DNA from: Candidatus Aenigmatarchaeota archaeon
GTDB taxonomy: Archaea; Aenigmatarchaeota; Aenigmatarchaeia; CG10238-14; SpSt-28
DNA: 40,099 bases
Assembly: GCA_044343155.1 (NCBI GenBank)
Contig: JAVZSS010000002.1
Coordinates: 1 to 40,099 of the forward strand
Reading direction: 5' to 3'
The notes under the pieces: model-generated
The model's database searches: none
Seen by the model: the letters and a program-made list of their open reading frames with translations, nothing else
What the model was told of the DNA's origin: nothing
Translations under genes and position numbers: made by a program
In this document: in pieces, positions 25,198 to 33,525 of the stretch
Layout: each line of letters begins with the position of its first letter
Position numbering within the stretch: the stretch's first letter is position 1

Positions 25198-25519
25198 TCA
25201 AGATTTTAATGTTTAACTCTTTAGCTTTTTTAATTATTTCTTCCCTCTTCTTTTTTCCTACAGTTGAAGCTATTCTTATAACATTTTTATTTACATCAAC
25301 CTTTTCCAAATCCTTCAGATTTCTTACTAAAACTTCTTTAAAGCCTGAAGGATGTAGTCCTCTTCTTTCCTCGGGTTTTTTATAACCTATATCAGGCATT
25401 TTCAATTTTCCTTTCATTTTTTGTCTAACTTTGCTATGCAATCCTCTAGGTCTTCTCCAACTTTCCTTCAACCTTTTTATACTTTCACTTAAAGGTCTCC
25501 TAAATCTTTTTCTAGCCAT
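25190..25519 (-). CDS. rpl32e: 50S ribosomal protein L32e (eL32)
   Basis: WRRPRGLHSKVRQKMKG...GYKKPEERRGLHPSGF. The start is set at ATG 25517-25519. The track start at 25528 is a GTG. Overlaps the Nudix stop by 8 nt. Confidence 0.93.
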   Translation of the reverse strand: MARKRFRRPLSESIKRLKESWRRPRGLHSKVRQKMKGKLKMPDIGYKKPEERRGLHPSGFKEVLVRNLKDLEKVDVNKNVIRIASTVGKKKREEIIKKAKELNIKILNE

Positions 25520-25946
25520 TTTTATCACTCCAAAAAGTTTGTTTTTTCTTTTTCCAATTAATATAATCTTTTAATATCTTTTTATGGTCAAACCCCATTT
25601 CTTCTTTTCTTAATTTTTTTAAGTCCAACCAATAAGCTATTCCTTCGAAAGAATTTTTAGTCTTAAAATTTACAGGTTTACAAACGAAAACTATAGAAAC
25701 TACATGCCCTCTAGGATCTCTGCCTTTTTTTGAATAGACACCCAATATTTCTTTTGGTATAACTTTTATTCCAGTCTCTTCATATGTTTCTCTAACAACA
25801 CACTCTTCCACACTCTCTCCATATTTTAAATGTCCTCCCGGAAAACAATATTTTCCAAAAAATGGCGGTATAGTTCTTTTAACAACCAATATTTTTCCAT
25901 TTTTTTCCGCTATGCAATCAGTAGCAACCCTTGTTCCAAATATCAT
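25512..25946 (-). CDS. Nudix hydrolase inserted between rpl6 and rpl32e
   Basis: Complete Nudix box GHLKYGESVEECVVRETYEETGI (G-x5-E-x7-R-E-x2-E-E-x-G-I). ATGA overlap with the rpl6 stop. Confidence 0.88.
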   Translation of the reverse strand: MIFGTRVATDCIAEKNGKILVVKRTIPPFFGKYCFPGGHLKYGESVEECVVRETYEETGIKVIPKEILGVYSKKGRDPRGHVVSIVFVCKPVNFKTKNSFEGIAYWLDLKKLRKEEMGFDHKKILKDYINWKKKKQTFWSDKNG

Positions 25947-26485
25947 TGCTCTTCACCTTTACTAACTATAAATATTCCATCTTGGAAAACTCTTCTATCC
26001 TTTCCAGTTATTCTAGTTGCTTGCTCTATATTTCCTGCTGTTTGACCAACAGCATCTATATCAATTCCAGAGACTATAATATCTTGACCCTTAACCTCCA
26101 CTTTAGTATTTCCAACTATCTTAGCAATTCTGGGTGTTCTCTCTCCCAAAAAGTTTTGTATTATCACTTTATCCCCTTCAACCTTTACTGTAACAGGAAA
26201 ATGAGAATATATTATTTTTAGTTTATACACGTAACCATTTGTTACTCCCTCTATCATATTTCTTATATGTGCCGCTATAGTTCCAGTAATAGCTTTTATT
26301 TTTCTTCTTTCATTTTCTGTAAAAACTTTAACTTCATTTTTTTCAATCAAAACTTTGATATCTGAAGGTATTTTAAACTCTTTGATTAATTCACCCTTTG
26401 GTCCGCTAACTTTAACCTTATTTCCAATCATTTCAACTTTAACATTTTCTGGAATAGCAACCTTTTTAACAAAAATATAAATCAC
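25943..26485 (-). CDS. rpl6: 50S ribosomal protein L6 (uL6)
   Basis: VAIPENVKVEMIGNKVKVSGPKGEL ... two L6 repeats. The start is set at the in-frame GTG 26483-26485, one nt after the S8 TAG, giving 180 aa. The track start at 26548 would overlap S8 by 62 nt. Confidence 0.9.
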   Translation of the reverse strand: MIYIFVKKVAIPENVKVEMIGNKVKVSGPKGELIKEFKIPSDIKVLIEKNEVKVFTENERRKIKAITGTIAAHIRNMIEGVTNGYVYKLKIIYSHFPVTVKVEGDKVIIQNFLGERTPRIAKIVGNTKVEVKGQDIIVSGIDIDAVGQTAGNIEQATRITGKDRRVFQDGIFIVSKGEEQ

Positions 26486-26486
26486 C

Positions 26487-26873
26487 CTAATAACAATATG
26501 CAAGAAGTTTTCCTCCAACTCTAAGTTTTTTGGCAGTTTTATGGTCAATTATCCCTTTATTTGTAGTAAGTATTAAAATACCTACATTTCTAGCTGGCAA
26601 GTATCTTTTTTCCCATTTTTCAAATTCATCAATTCTAACAGAAAATCTAGGTTTTATTGCATTACAATTTATAATCTTCCCTTTAAGCTCTACTTTTATT
26701 ATTCCAGACTTTCCATCATTTATAATCTCATAAGCCCCTATATAATTGTTATCTTGCATGACCTTTAGAACCTTCTCTACCAATTTACTGGCTTTTACAT
26801 AGCATTCTTTCTTACCTACTCTTTCAGCATTCTTAATTGCACTCAAAGCATCTGCCAACAAGTCGTGCCTCAT
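26487..26873 (-). CDS. rps8: 30S ribosomal protein S8 (uS8)
   Basis: [23 protein letters not shown] ... [31 protein letters not shown]. Confidence 0.95.
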   Translation of the reverse strand: MRHDLLADALSAIKNAERVGKKECYVKASKLVEKVLKVMQDNNYIGAYEIINDGKSGIIKVELKGKIINCNAIKPRFSVRIDEFEKWEKRYLPARNVGILILTTNKGIIDHKTAKKLRVGGKLLAYCY

Positions 26874-26925
26874 ACTTTAACCTTTTGTTTTGAAGATTTA
26901 AAAAAGTTAAATTCAATTAATAAAG

Positions 26926-27591
26926 ATGCAAAAAGGAGATTTTGTATACATAAAATATATTGGTAAAATAAAAGAAAGTGGGGAAATTTTTGATTTAACT
27001 GATGAAGAAATAGCAAAAAAAGAAGGTATATATAATCCAGAATTTAAGTATGGGGAAATTCCTATAATAGTTGGAGCTGGCTTCGTAATTAAAGGTTTAG
27101 ATGAAGAATTGGAAAAAATGAATGTTGGAGAAAAGAAAATTGTTGAAATTTTACCTGAGAAGGCTTTTGGTGAAAGAAGGGAAGATTTAATAAAGCTAAT
27201 CCCTGAATCAGAATTTAAAAAACAGAATATTGAACCTAAAGTTGGTGAATTTATTAATATAAATGGAATTTCCGGAAGAATAGTTAGCATTAGTGGTGGA
27301 AGAGTAAAAGTTGATTTTAACCATCCATTGGCTGGTAAAACTTTAGTTTATGAAATAGAAATAACAAAACAAGTTACAGATTTAAAAGAAAAAATCTACT
27401 GTATTTTAAAATATTTTTCAAACTTAGATGAAGCTACAGCAAAAGTTAATATTGAAAATGAAAACGTTGAAATAGAAATTAAGGATATAAAAATTGCTTC
27501 TAGACTTAAAGAAGAAATAGTTAAAAATATATTTACTTGGATTAAAGAAATAAAGAAAGTTAAATTTTCTGAGGTTTTTGAAAAGAAATAA
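26926..27591 (+). CDS. FKBP-type peptidyl-prolyl cis-trans isomerase (archaeal long type with IF insert)
   Basis: GDFVYIKYIGKIKESGEIFD..., VGAGFVIKGLDEELEKMNVGEKK, VDFNHPLAGKTLVYEIEI. Confidence 0.88.
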   Translation: MQKGDFVYIKYIGKIKESGEIFDLTDEEIAKKEGIYNPEFKYGEIPIIVGAGFVIKGLDEELEKMNVGEKKIVEILPEKAFGERREDLIKLIPESEFKKQNIEPKVGEFININGISGRIVSISGGRVKVDFNHPLAGKTLVYEIEITKQVTDLKEKIYCILKYFSNLDEATAKVNIENENVEIEIKDIKIASRLKEEIVKNIFTWIKEIKKVKFSEVFEKK

Positions 27592-27612
27592 TGCTTTAAT
27601 TCTAAATAATTT

Positions 27613-28677
27613 ATGGTTAAATCTACTCCAATAGTTAAAAATCCTGAAGATGAAGAAATAAAAAGATATGCAGAAAGAGCTAAAATAAAGATTAAAGTTG
27701 TGGGTTGTGGTGGTGCTGGTTCTAATGCTGTTAGTAGAATAACTGAAATGAATTTGGAAAATGTCCAAACTATTGCTATAAATACTGATGCTTTAGATTT
27801 ACTTTATACTAATGCTAATAAAAAAATTCTTATTGGTAAGGAACTTACAAAAGGATTTGGTGCTGGAGCTGATATAAATATTGGAAGAAAAGCAGCTGAA
27901 GAGCAAAGAGAAGAAATTAGAAACTCTATTAAAGGTGCAGATCTTCTATTTCTAACTGCAGGTTTAGGTGGAGGCACTGGCTCTGGCTGTATTCCTTATG
28001 TTGCTAGTTTAGCTAAGGAAATGGGAATACTAAATATTGCTATAGTTACTTTACCATTTTTTATGGAAGGTAAACATAGAGCAGAAAATGCTAGAAATTC
28101 TTTAGAAGAGCTTGAAAAATATGTTGATACATTAATTGTTATTCAAAATGAAAGATTGTTGGAAATAGTTCCAAACTTATCTCTAGCAGAAGCTTTTAAA
28201 TTTGCTGACGAAATACTTTCTAACTCTGTTAAAGGAATTATAGATGTTGTTAGTAGGCCTGGATTAATTAATGTTGATTTTGCAGACTTAAAAACGATAA
28301 TTAAAGAAGGCAAGTTTGGAGTTATTGGCCTAGGTGAAAGCGATACAGAAAAAAGAGCAATAGAAGCAGCTAATAATGCCATTTCTCATCCACTATTAAA
28401 AATTGATATAAAAAATGGTAAAGGTGCGTTAATCGATATAATCTGTGATGAATCTTTGACAGTAAAAGAAAGCCAAAAAGTTATAGAAACTATTTCTTCT
28501 CATTTATCGGAAGATGCAAAAATTATATGGGGTGTTCAAATAAATAAAAACTTGAATGGAAAATTAAAAGTTCTAACGGTAATTACGGGCATAGAAAAAC
28601 CGGAATATTTTAAAATTAAAAGTTTAAAGAAAAAAAAGGAAATAGAAGAATATTTGGGTGTTGAAAGTGTTGAATAA
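27613..28677 (+). CDS. ftsZ: Cell division GTPase FtsZ
   Basis: GCGGAGSNAV, tubulin signature GLGGGTGSG and T7 loop NVDFADLK. Conserved ftsZ-secE-spt5 linkage. Confidence 0.95.
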   Translation: MVKSTPIVKNPEDEEIKRYAERAKIKIKVVGCGGAGSNAVSRITEMNLENVQTIAINTDALDLLYTNANKKILIGKELTKGFGAGADINIGRKAAEEQREEIRNSIKGADLLFLTAGLGGGTGSGCIPYVASLAKEMGILNIAIVTLPFFMEGKHRAENARNSLEELEKYVDTLIVIQNERLLEIVPNLSLAEAFKFADEILSNSVKGIIDVVSRPGLINVDFADLKTIIKEGKFGVIGLGESDTEKRAIEAANNAISHPLLKIDIKNGKGALIDIICDESLTVKESQKVIETISSHLSEDAKIIWGVQINKNLNGKLKVLTVITGIEKPEYFKIKSLKKKKEIEEYLGVESVE

Positions 28678-28852
28678 AATATTAATTAAAATTAAGAACT
28701 CGTTAGAAAATTACAAGAGAGTATTGATAGTTGCAAAAAAACCTTCAAAAGAAGATTTAAAAGAAATTATAAAAATTTCTTTAACGATACTAGGTATTGT
28801 TGGACTATTAGGTTTTATATTTTATACTATATCCATACTCTTTATAGTATAA
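28658..28852 (+). CDS. secE: Protein translocase subunit SecE / Sec61-gamma
   Basis: 64 aa. YKRVLIVAKKPSKEDLKEI followed by a single TM, LTILGIVGLLGFIFYTISILF, at the position upstream of spt5. No ATG in frame, so a GTG/TTG start between 28658 and 28670 must be used. Confidence 0.8.
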   Translation: MLKVLNKILIKIKNSLENYKRVLIVAKKPSKEDLKEIIKISLTILGIVGLLGFIFYTISILFIV

Positions 28853-28885
28853 TAGTTTTTAAGCTTACATACAATATCAATTTTA

Positions 28886-29380
28886 ATGGATAGCGAGGAA
28901 AATTTTGAAAGCAATGTTCAAGTAGAAGAAAAAAAAGATATAAAAATTTATAGTGTTAGAACTATAGTTGGAAGAGAAAACGTTGTTGTTGATAGCATAC
29001 TTGCTAGAGCTAAAAAAAATAACATACCTATAAAATCTATAATGAAAGTTGAAGAAATAAAAGGTTATGTTTTTATTGAAGGAGATTTGAAAGATGTTAA
29101 AGAGGCTATTAAAAATGTAGTTAATGTTAGGGGTTTAATAACAACCCCAATAAAAATTGAAGAAATAGAAAAATTTTTAAAGCCGAAAGAAACAAAAATT
29201 GAAGTTAACTTAGGAGATATAGTTGAAATTATAAGTGGCCCGTTTAAAGATACAAGAGGTAAAGTTACTAGAATTGATAGTATTAAAAGAGAAATAACAA
29301 TTGAGCCTTTGGAAGTCCCCATACCTATACCAATAACAATTTCAATAGAATTTATTAAAGTTATAGAAAGAAAAAAGTGA
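28886..29380 (+). CDS. spt5: Transcription elongation factor Spt5 (NusG)
   Basis: NGN domain (IYSVRTIVGRENVV...GYVFIEG) plus KOW (GDIVEIISGPFKDTRGKVTRID). Upstream of L11. Confidence 0.9.
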   Translation: MDSEENFESNVQVEEKKDIKIYSVRTIVGRENVVVDSILARAKKNNIPIKSIMKVEEIKGYVFIEGDLKDVKEAIKNVVNVRGLITTPIKIEEIEKFLKPKETKIEVNLGDIVEIISGPFKDTRGKVTRIDSIKREITIEPLEVPIPIPITISIEFIKVIERKK

Positions 29381-29385
29381 TATAT

Positions 29386-29868
29386 ATGGAAAAAATAAAC
29401 ATAGTTGTTGAGGGTGGAAAAGCAAATCTTGGGCAATTTTCAAATAGAATAAATTCTCTTGGTTTTAATTCCAAAGAGATAGAAAAAGAAATAAATGAAA
29501 AAACTAAAGAATTTTCAAACACAAAAGTTACTGTGACTATAGTCTTAGATTCAAATAATAAAAAATACGAAGTCAAAATTAAACCACCAAGTATTTCAGA
29601 TTTAGTAAAAAAAGAATTGAAAGTTGAATTATTAAAAATTTCTGAAGAGGACAGAGCTAAGGGAAAAACTTCTATTGGAAATTTAAGTATTGAACAAGTT
29701 AAAAAGATTGCAAAAATAAAGGCTGAACAAATTGGTGAAAAAGACCTAAAAAAAGTACTTAAAATGGTTATAAGCTCTATTGACACATTCCAAGGAGTAT
29801 TAATTGAGGGTAAAAGACCTAAGGAAATTTTAAGAGAAATAGATAAAATTTCTTTAAATAATAGTTAG
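29386..29868 (+). CDS. rpl11: 50S ribosomal protein L11 (uL11), divergent N-terminal domain
   Basis: VVEGGKA...KEINEKTKEF..KVTVTIVLD...KYEVKIKPPSISDLVKKEL is collinear with archaeal L11. The start is set at ATG 29386. The track start at 29377 is a GTG overlapping the spt5 stop. Confidence 0.88.
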   Translation: MEKINIVVEGGKANLGQFSNRINSLGFNSKEIEKEINEKTKEFSNTKVTVTIVLDSNNKKYEVKIKPPSISDLVKKELKVELLKISEEDRAKGKTSIGNLSIEQVKKIAKIKAEQIGEKDLKKVLKMVISSIDTFQGVLIEGKRPKEILREIDKISLNNS

Positions 29869-29878
29869 CTAATAGGTA

Positions 29879-29883
29879 GGAGG
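29879..29883 (+). promoter_or_regulatory. Shine-Dalgarno site of rpl1 (GGAGG)
   Basis: GGAGG lies 5 nt upstream of the ATG at 29889. Confidence 0.55.
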
Positions 29884-29888
29884 TTTAT

Positions 29889-30512
29889 ATGAGTGAAATA
29901 ACAAAAGCTTTAGAAGAATTGAGAAAAATATCGAAAAAAAGAAATTTTATTCAAAGAGTCGACTTAATAGTTAATTTGAAAGGAATAGACACAAAAAAAC
30001 CGGAAAATAGAATAAATGAAATATTAGAGTTACCATATGGTTCTGGTAAAGAATCTAAAGTTTTAGTTTTTAGTGATGAAATAAAAGAAGATATAGGATG
30101 CGAAATATTGAGTTCTAAAGAAATAGAGGAAATAAGCAAAAACAAAAGAAAAGCTAAAAAATTAGCTAAAAATTATGATTTCTTTTTATCCGATCCAAAA
30201 ATTTTACCATTAGTTACTAAAAACCTTGGTAAATTTTTAGCCCCACGAGGTAAGATCCCTAAACCTATTACAGGAGATGTTAAAAAAGTTGTCCAATCAT
30301 TGAAAAAAAGCGTAAGAATTAGAATAAAAGACAGTCCTGTAATTCAGGTTCCTGTTGGAAATGAGAACATGAAAAATGAAGAAATAGAAAAAAATATTAA
30401 AGAGGTTTTAAGATTTCTTGTTGAAAAACTTCCTAAGAAGAAAAACAATATCGATGAAATATTAGTTAAATTTACTATGAGTAAACCGATAAAAATTGAG
30501 GTGAAATTATGA
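29889..30512 (+). CDS. rpl1: 50S ribosomal protein L1 (uL1)
   Basis: ..RNFIQRVDLIVNLKGID...FFLSDPKILPLVTKNLGKFLAPRGK.P.P. In the L11-L1-P0-P1 order. Confidence 0.93.
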   Translation: MSEITKALEELRKISKKRNFIQRVDLIVNLKGIDTKKPENRINEILELPYGSGKESKVLVFSDEIKEDIGCEILSSKEIEEISKNKRKAKKLAKNYDFFLSDPKILPLVTKNLGKFLAPRGKIPKPITGDVKKVVQSLKKSVRIRIKDSPVIQVPVGNENMKNEEIEKNIKEVLRFLVEKLPKKKNNIDEILVKFTMSKPIKIEVKL

Positions 30513-31267
30513 AAAAAGAAGAAAAAATTAGATTAGCTCAAGAAATTGGAGAAGAAATAAAAAATCACAAAACCTTAGTTATATTTGATTTGTTTAAAAT
30601 ACCAACTAAAGAGCTTAAAGAAATAAGAAAATCCTTAGAAAGTTTTGGAAAAATTATTATTTTGAAGAAAAGCACATTCTATTATTCTTTAAAAAACATT
30701 GGTATAGATACTACACAATTCGAAAATCTTGGTTTAAAACAAATTGGTATATTTCTAACAAATGAAGAACCATTTTCTATTTATAAAAAAATTTGTGAAA
30801 CGAAAACAGAAAGATTTGCTAAAGAAGGTGATGTGGCCGAAACTGATATATGGATTTATTCGGGACCGACACAAATAAAAGCTGGACCTTCTATAAGTGA
30901 GTTTGCTAGATTAAAAATACCTGCTGGGGTTGAAGGTGGATTTATAGCAGTAAAAAAAGATACACAAGTCGCAAAAAAAGGAGATAAAATCAGTAAAGAG
31001 TTGGCAAGCTTATTAAGAAAACTCAAAATAAAACCTATTTCAGTTGTGTTGAATGTAATTGGAATATATTATAACAATAAAATTTATGATAAAAATACTT
31101 TAGATTTAGTATTTGAGTATCCAAAACTTATAATTAGCGCATATCAAAATGCTTTAAACTTAACAATAAATATTTGTTATCCAACGAAAGAAAATATAAA
31201 TATGTTAATTTCAAATGCATATTTGAAAGCAAAGGCTTTGGAAAATTTGGTGATAAAAAATGAATGA
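30509..31267 (+). CDS. rpl10: 50S ribosomal stalk protein P0 (uL10), short form lacking an acidic C-terminal tail
   Basis: An L10 N-terminal domain plus archaeal domain II (..[23 protein letters not shown]..), at the operon position between L1 and P1. ATGA overlap with rpl1. Confidence 0.85.
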   Translation: MKKEEKIRLAQEIGEEIKNHKTLVIFDLFKIPTKELKEIRKSLESFGKIIILKKSTFYYSLKNIGIDTTQFENLGLKQIGIFLTNEEPFSIYKKICETKTERFAKEGDVAETDIWIYSGPTQIKAGPSISEFARLKIPAGVEGGFIAVKKDTQVAKKGDKISKELASLLRKLKIKPISVVLNVIGIYYNNKIYDKNTLDLVFEYPKLIISAYQNALNLTINICYPTKENINMLISNAYLKAKALENLVIKNE

Positions 31268-31550
31268 GGTTTATGCTGCATTGCTGCTACATGAAGCAAA
31301 AAAAGAAATAAATGAAGAAAATATAAAAAGGGTATTAGAAGCTGCAGGAGCCTCAATTGATGAAAACAAAATAAAAGCGTTAATAGCTGCATTGCAAGGA
31401 GTAAATATTGAAGAAGCAATAAAGCAAGCTGCTTTTGTTCAACCTCAATTTAGTTCAAGCAAGGAAGAAAAAGAAGAGAAAAAAGAGGAAGAGGAAGGGA
31501 AGAAAAAAGAGGAAGAAGCAATAGCTGGTTTAGCAAGCTTATTTGGATAA
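31260..31550 (+). CDS. rpl12: 50S ribosomal stalk protein P1 (archaeal L12)
   Basis: [27 protein letters not shown], then an acidic linker, then the C-terminal GLASLFG. Confidence 0.93.
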   Translation: MNEVYAALLLHEAKKEINEENIKRVLEAAGASIDENKIKALIAALQGVNIEEAIKQAAFVQPQFSSSKEEKEEKKEEEEGKKKEEEAIAGLASLFG

Positions 31551-31557
31551 GTTAATT

Positions 31558-32103
31558 ATGAGTATAGAAAAACTAGTAAAACTGGCGGAAAACATAAAGG
31601 ATGAAAAGCTTAGAGAAAAGACTATTGAAATTTTGAAAGATATAAAATTAACACATTCTAGCTTATCAAAAAAAGAAAAGGAAGATCCAGAAAAGCTTTT
31701 GACACCTTTTGGAATAAATGGAAAGTATGTATTTAGAGATTTAATAACTCACACCGAAGCTGTTGTAAAAAGTTGTATAGCATTAGCTAAGGAGATTGAA
31801 AGTTCTTTTGGAATAAACATTAAAAAAGATTTTCTAATTGCCGGAGCATTATTGCATGATATAATGAAAGTTTATGAATATAAAGATGCTAAGCCTACTG
31901 ATATTTTATTAGATCATTCTTCTTTAATATTAGCAGAACTCTATAAAAGAGATTTTCCTGAAGAAGTTCTACATATAGTAGCTTCTCATACTGGAGCCTC
32001 AACAACTCCACCAAAAACTATAGAAGCATTAATTCTTCATTACGTTGACTCATTATTAGCTTTAATTGAATTGGGAATACAACAAAGTTATTTGGAGGAT
32101 TAA
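31558..32103 (+). CDS. HD-domain metal-dependent phosphohydrolase
   Basis: H...HD pattern (THTEAV ... GALLHDIMK) and downstream His/Asp (ASHTG, HYVDS). The start is set at ATG 31558. The track start at 31543 is a TTG overlapping the P1 stop. Confidence 0.75.
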   Translation: MSIEKLVKLAENIKDEKLREKTIEILKDIKLTHSSLSKKEKEDPEKLLTPFGINGKYVFRDLITHTEAVVKSCIALAKEIESSFGINIKKDFLIAGALLHDIMKVYEYKDAKPTDILLDHSSLILAELYKRDFPEEVLHIVASHTGASTTPPKTIEALILHYVDSLLALIELGIQQSYLED

Positions 32104-33186
32104 ATGAACTGGAAAGAAAAAATAATATTAAATGCTATAGATTTTTTTAAAAAAATAAATGGAGATGTTGCAATCATATATGGACATGATTGCGACAGTA
32201 TTGCTTCTGCTTGTATAATTTTCAAACTAGCCCAAAAGATGTCTTTAAAACCAAAACTTTTTGTATCTAAATATAATTTTGAGGTTGACTTTTCTATACT
32301 TAAAAGGGTAGAAAAATATAAAAATATAATTATTGTAGATATTGGGGATACTCCAGAAGATATCTTAAACAACTTTTCTATTGGAAGAAATGTTTTAGTT
32401 ATAGATCATCACATTCCAAAAAATTATAAACTTTTTTATGTTAATCCTAGATTGATAAAGAAAAATGTTTATATGCCAGCAAGTTATGTTTGTTGGTTAA
32501 TATTTAAAAAATTTTTTGATGACAAAGAAATACTTTGGATTGCTGGTTTTGGCACCCTTGGTGATTTTGGGGCGAAAGAAAACAAAGATCTGTTTTTAAA
32601 AATAAAAAAATATGATAAGAAGTTAATAAATAACTTAAAAATTGAAGATAGAACTTTAATAGAAAAAAGCTTATTAGGGAAAATTGTAAAAATGGTTGAT
32701 AGTTGTAGAATTTTTGGTGGTTTAGATGGAATTAAATACGTTACAAAGCTAATTTGTGTATCTAAAAATTATGAAAAAATTTTAAAAGATAGAAAAATAA
32801 AAAATTTTTTCAACAAGTTAAAGAAAGAGATGAAAAAAGAAATTGAAAATGTTCATAAAAACGCTATAATTGTTGGTAATTATTTAATTTATGAATTAAA
32901 AAGTAAATACAATCTAAAATCTTCTTTAGCTAGCTTTTTGCCAAAACTCTATAAAGATAAAATAATTTTTATAGCACAAAAAAACAAGGAGGGATTTTAT
33001 GAAGTTAGTGTTAGGAGAGGTTTAAAATTAAAAACAAACCTCTCTCTTTTAGTTAAAAAAATATGTGAAAATATTTCTGCCAAAGGTGGAGGACATCCAA
33101 CTGCAGCTGGTATGAGAATAGATAAAATTGAAGAATTAATTAAATGGTTAAAAAAACGAAAAAAGAAAGAAAGCTTATCTAGTTAA
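32104..33186 (+). CDS. DHH/DHHA1-family phosphoesterase (NrnA/RecJ-like)
   Basis: Motifs HDCDSIASA (DxD), VLVIDHHIP (DHH) and GGGHPTAAG (DHHA1). The ATG directly abuts the HD gene stop. Confidence 0.82.
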   Translation: MNWKEKIILNAIDFFKKINGDVAIIYGHDCDSIASACIIFKLAQKMSLKPKLFVSKYNFEVDFSILKRVEKYKNIIIVDIGDTPEDILNNFSIGRNVLVIDHHIPKNYKLFYVNPRLIKKNVYMPASYVCWLIFKKFFDDKEILWIAGFGTLGDFGAKENKDLFLKIKKYDKKLINNLKIEDRTLIEKSLLGKIVKMVDSCRIFGGLDGIKYVTKLICVSKNYEKILKDRKIKNFFNKLKKEMKKEIENVHKNAIIVGNYLIYELKSKYNLKSSLASFLPKLYKDKIIFIAQKNKEGFYEVSVRRGLKLKTNLSLLVKKICENISAKGGGHPTAAGMRIDKIEELIKWLKKRKKKESLSS

Positions 33187-33462
33187 AACTATGTCAATTG
33201 TTGAAATATTTACTTTTCCCTTTCCTTCTACTTCTCTCTCTTCAGTTCCTAGATCTATTTTTTTGATTTTTACATCTGGCATGAACCTTCTTTGTATTAT
33301 TTGAGCGACATCTACGGCCCTAGAAATACTTCTACCCCTAGCTTTTATATGGACTTCTTTTTGTCCATTTGTGAACTGAGTTATTACTGCCAATACATAG
33401 CTCATTGTTGGTTTTTTACCTATGAATACAACATTTTCTTGTTGAGTTGTTTCTTCAGCCAT
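33175..33462 (-). CDS. albA: Chromatin / RNA-binding protein Alba
   Basis: [58 protein letters not shown] upstream. Confidence 0.92.
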   Translation of the reverse strand: MAEETTQQENVVFIGKKPTMSYVLAVITQFTNGQKEVHIKARGRSISRAVDVAQIIQRRFMPDVKIKKIDLGTEEREVEGKGKVNISTIDIVLTR

Positions 33463-33525
33463 TTTTACACCCCCTACTAAACTATTGAAGCTATAATTAA
33501 AATTTAAAAATTATAAATTAAAACT

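Noticed and set aside
26486-26548. Long form of rpl6 starting at 26548
   Set aside because: It would overlap rps8 by 62 nt and add [21 protein letters not shown], which is unlike any uL6 N-terminus. The GTG at 26485, right after the S8 stop, restores a normal-length L6.
25830-26733. Plus-strand ORFs 25830..26045, 25931..26221 and 26530..26733
   Set aside because: They are antisense to the Nudix, rpl6 and rps8 genes. No start context or motifs.
26913-27768. Minus-strand ORFs 26913..27290 and 27424..27768
   Set aside because: They are antisense to the FKBP gene and the ftsZ 5' end. The translations are low-complexity (S/F/I/N-rich).
29065-30145. Minus-strand ORFs 29065..29436, 29361..29786 and 29951..30145
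   Set aside because: They are antisense to spt5, rpl11 and rpl1, which are all confidently assigned on the plus strand.
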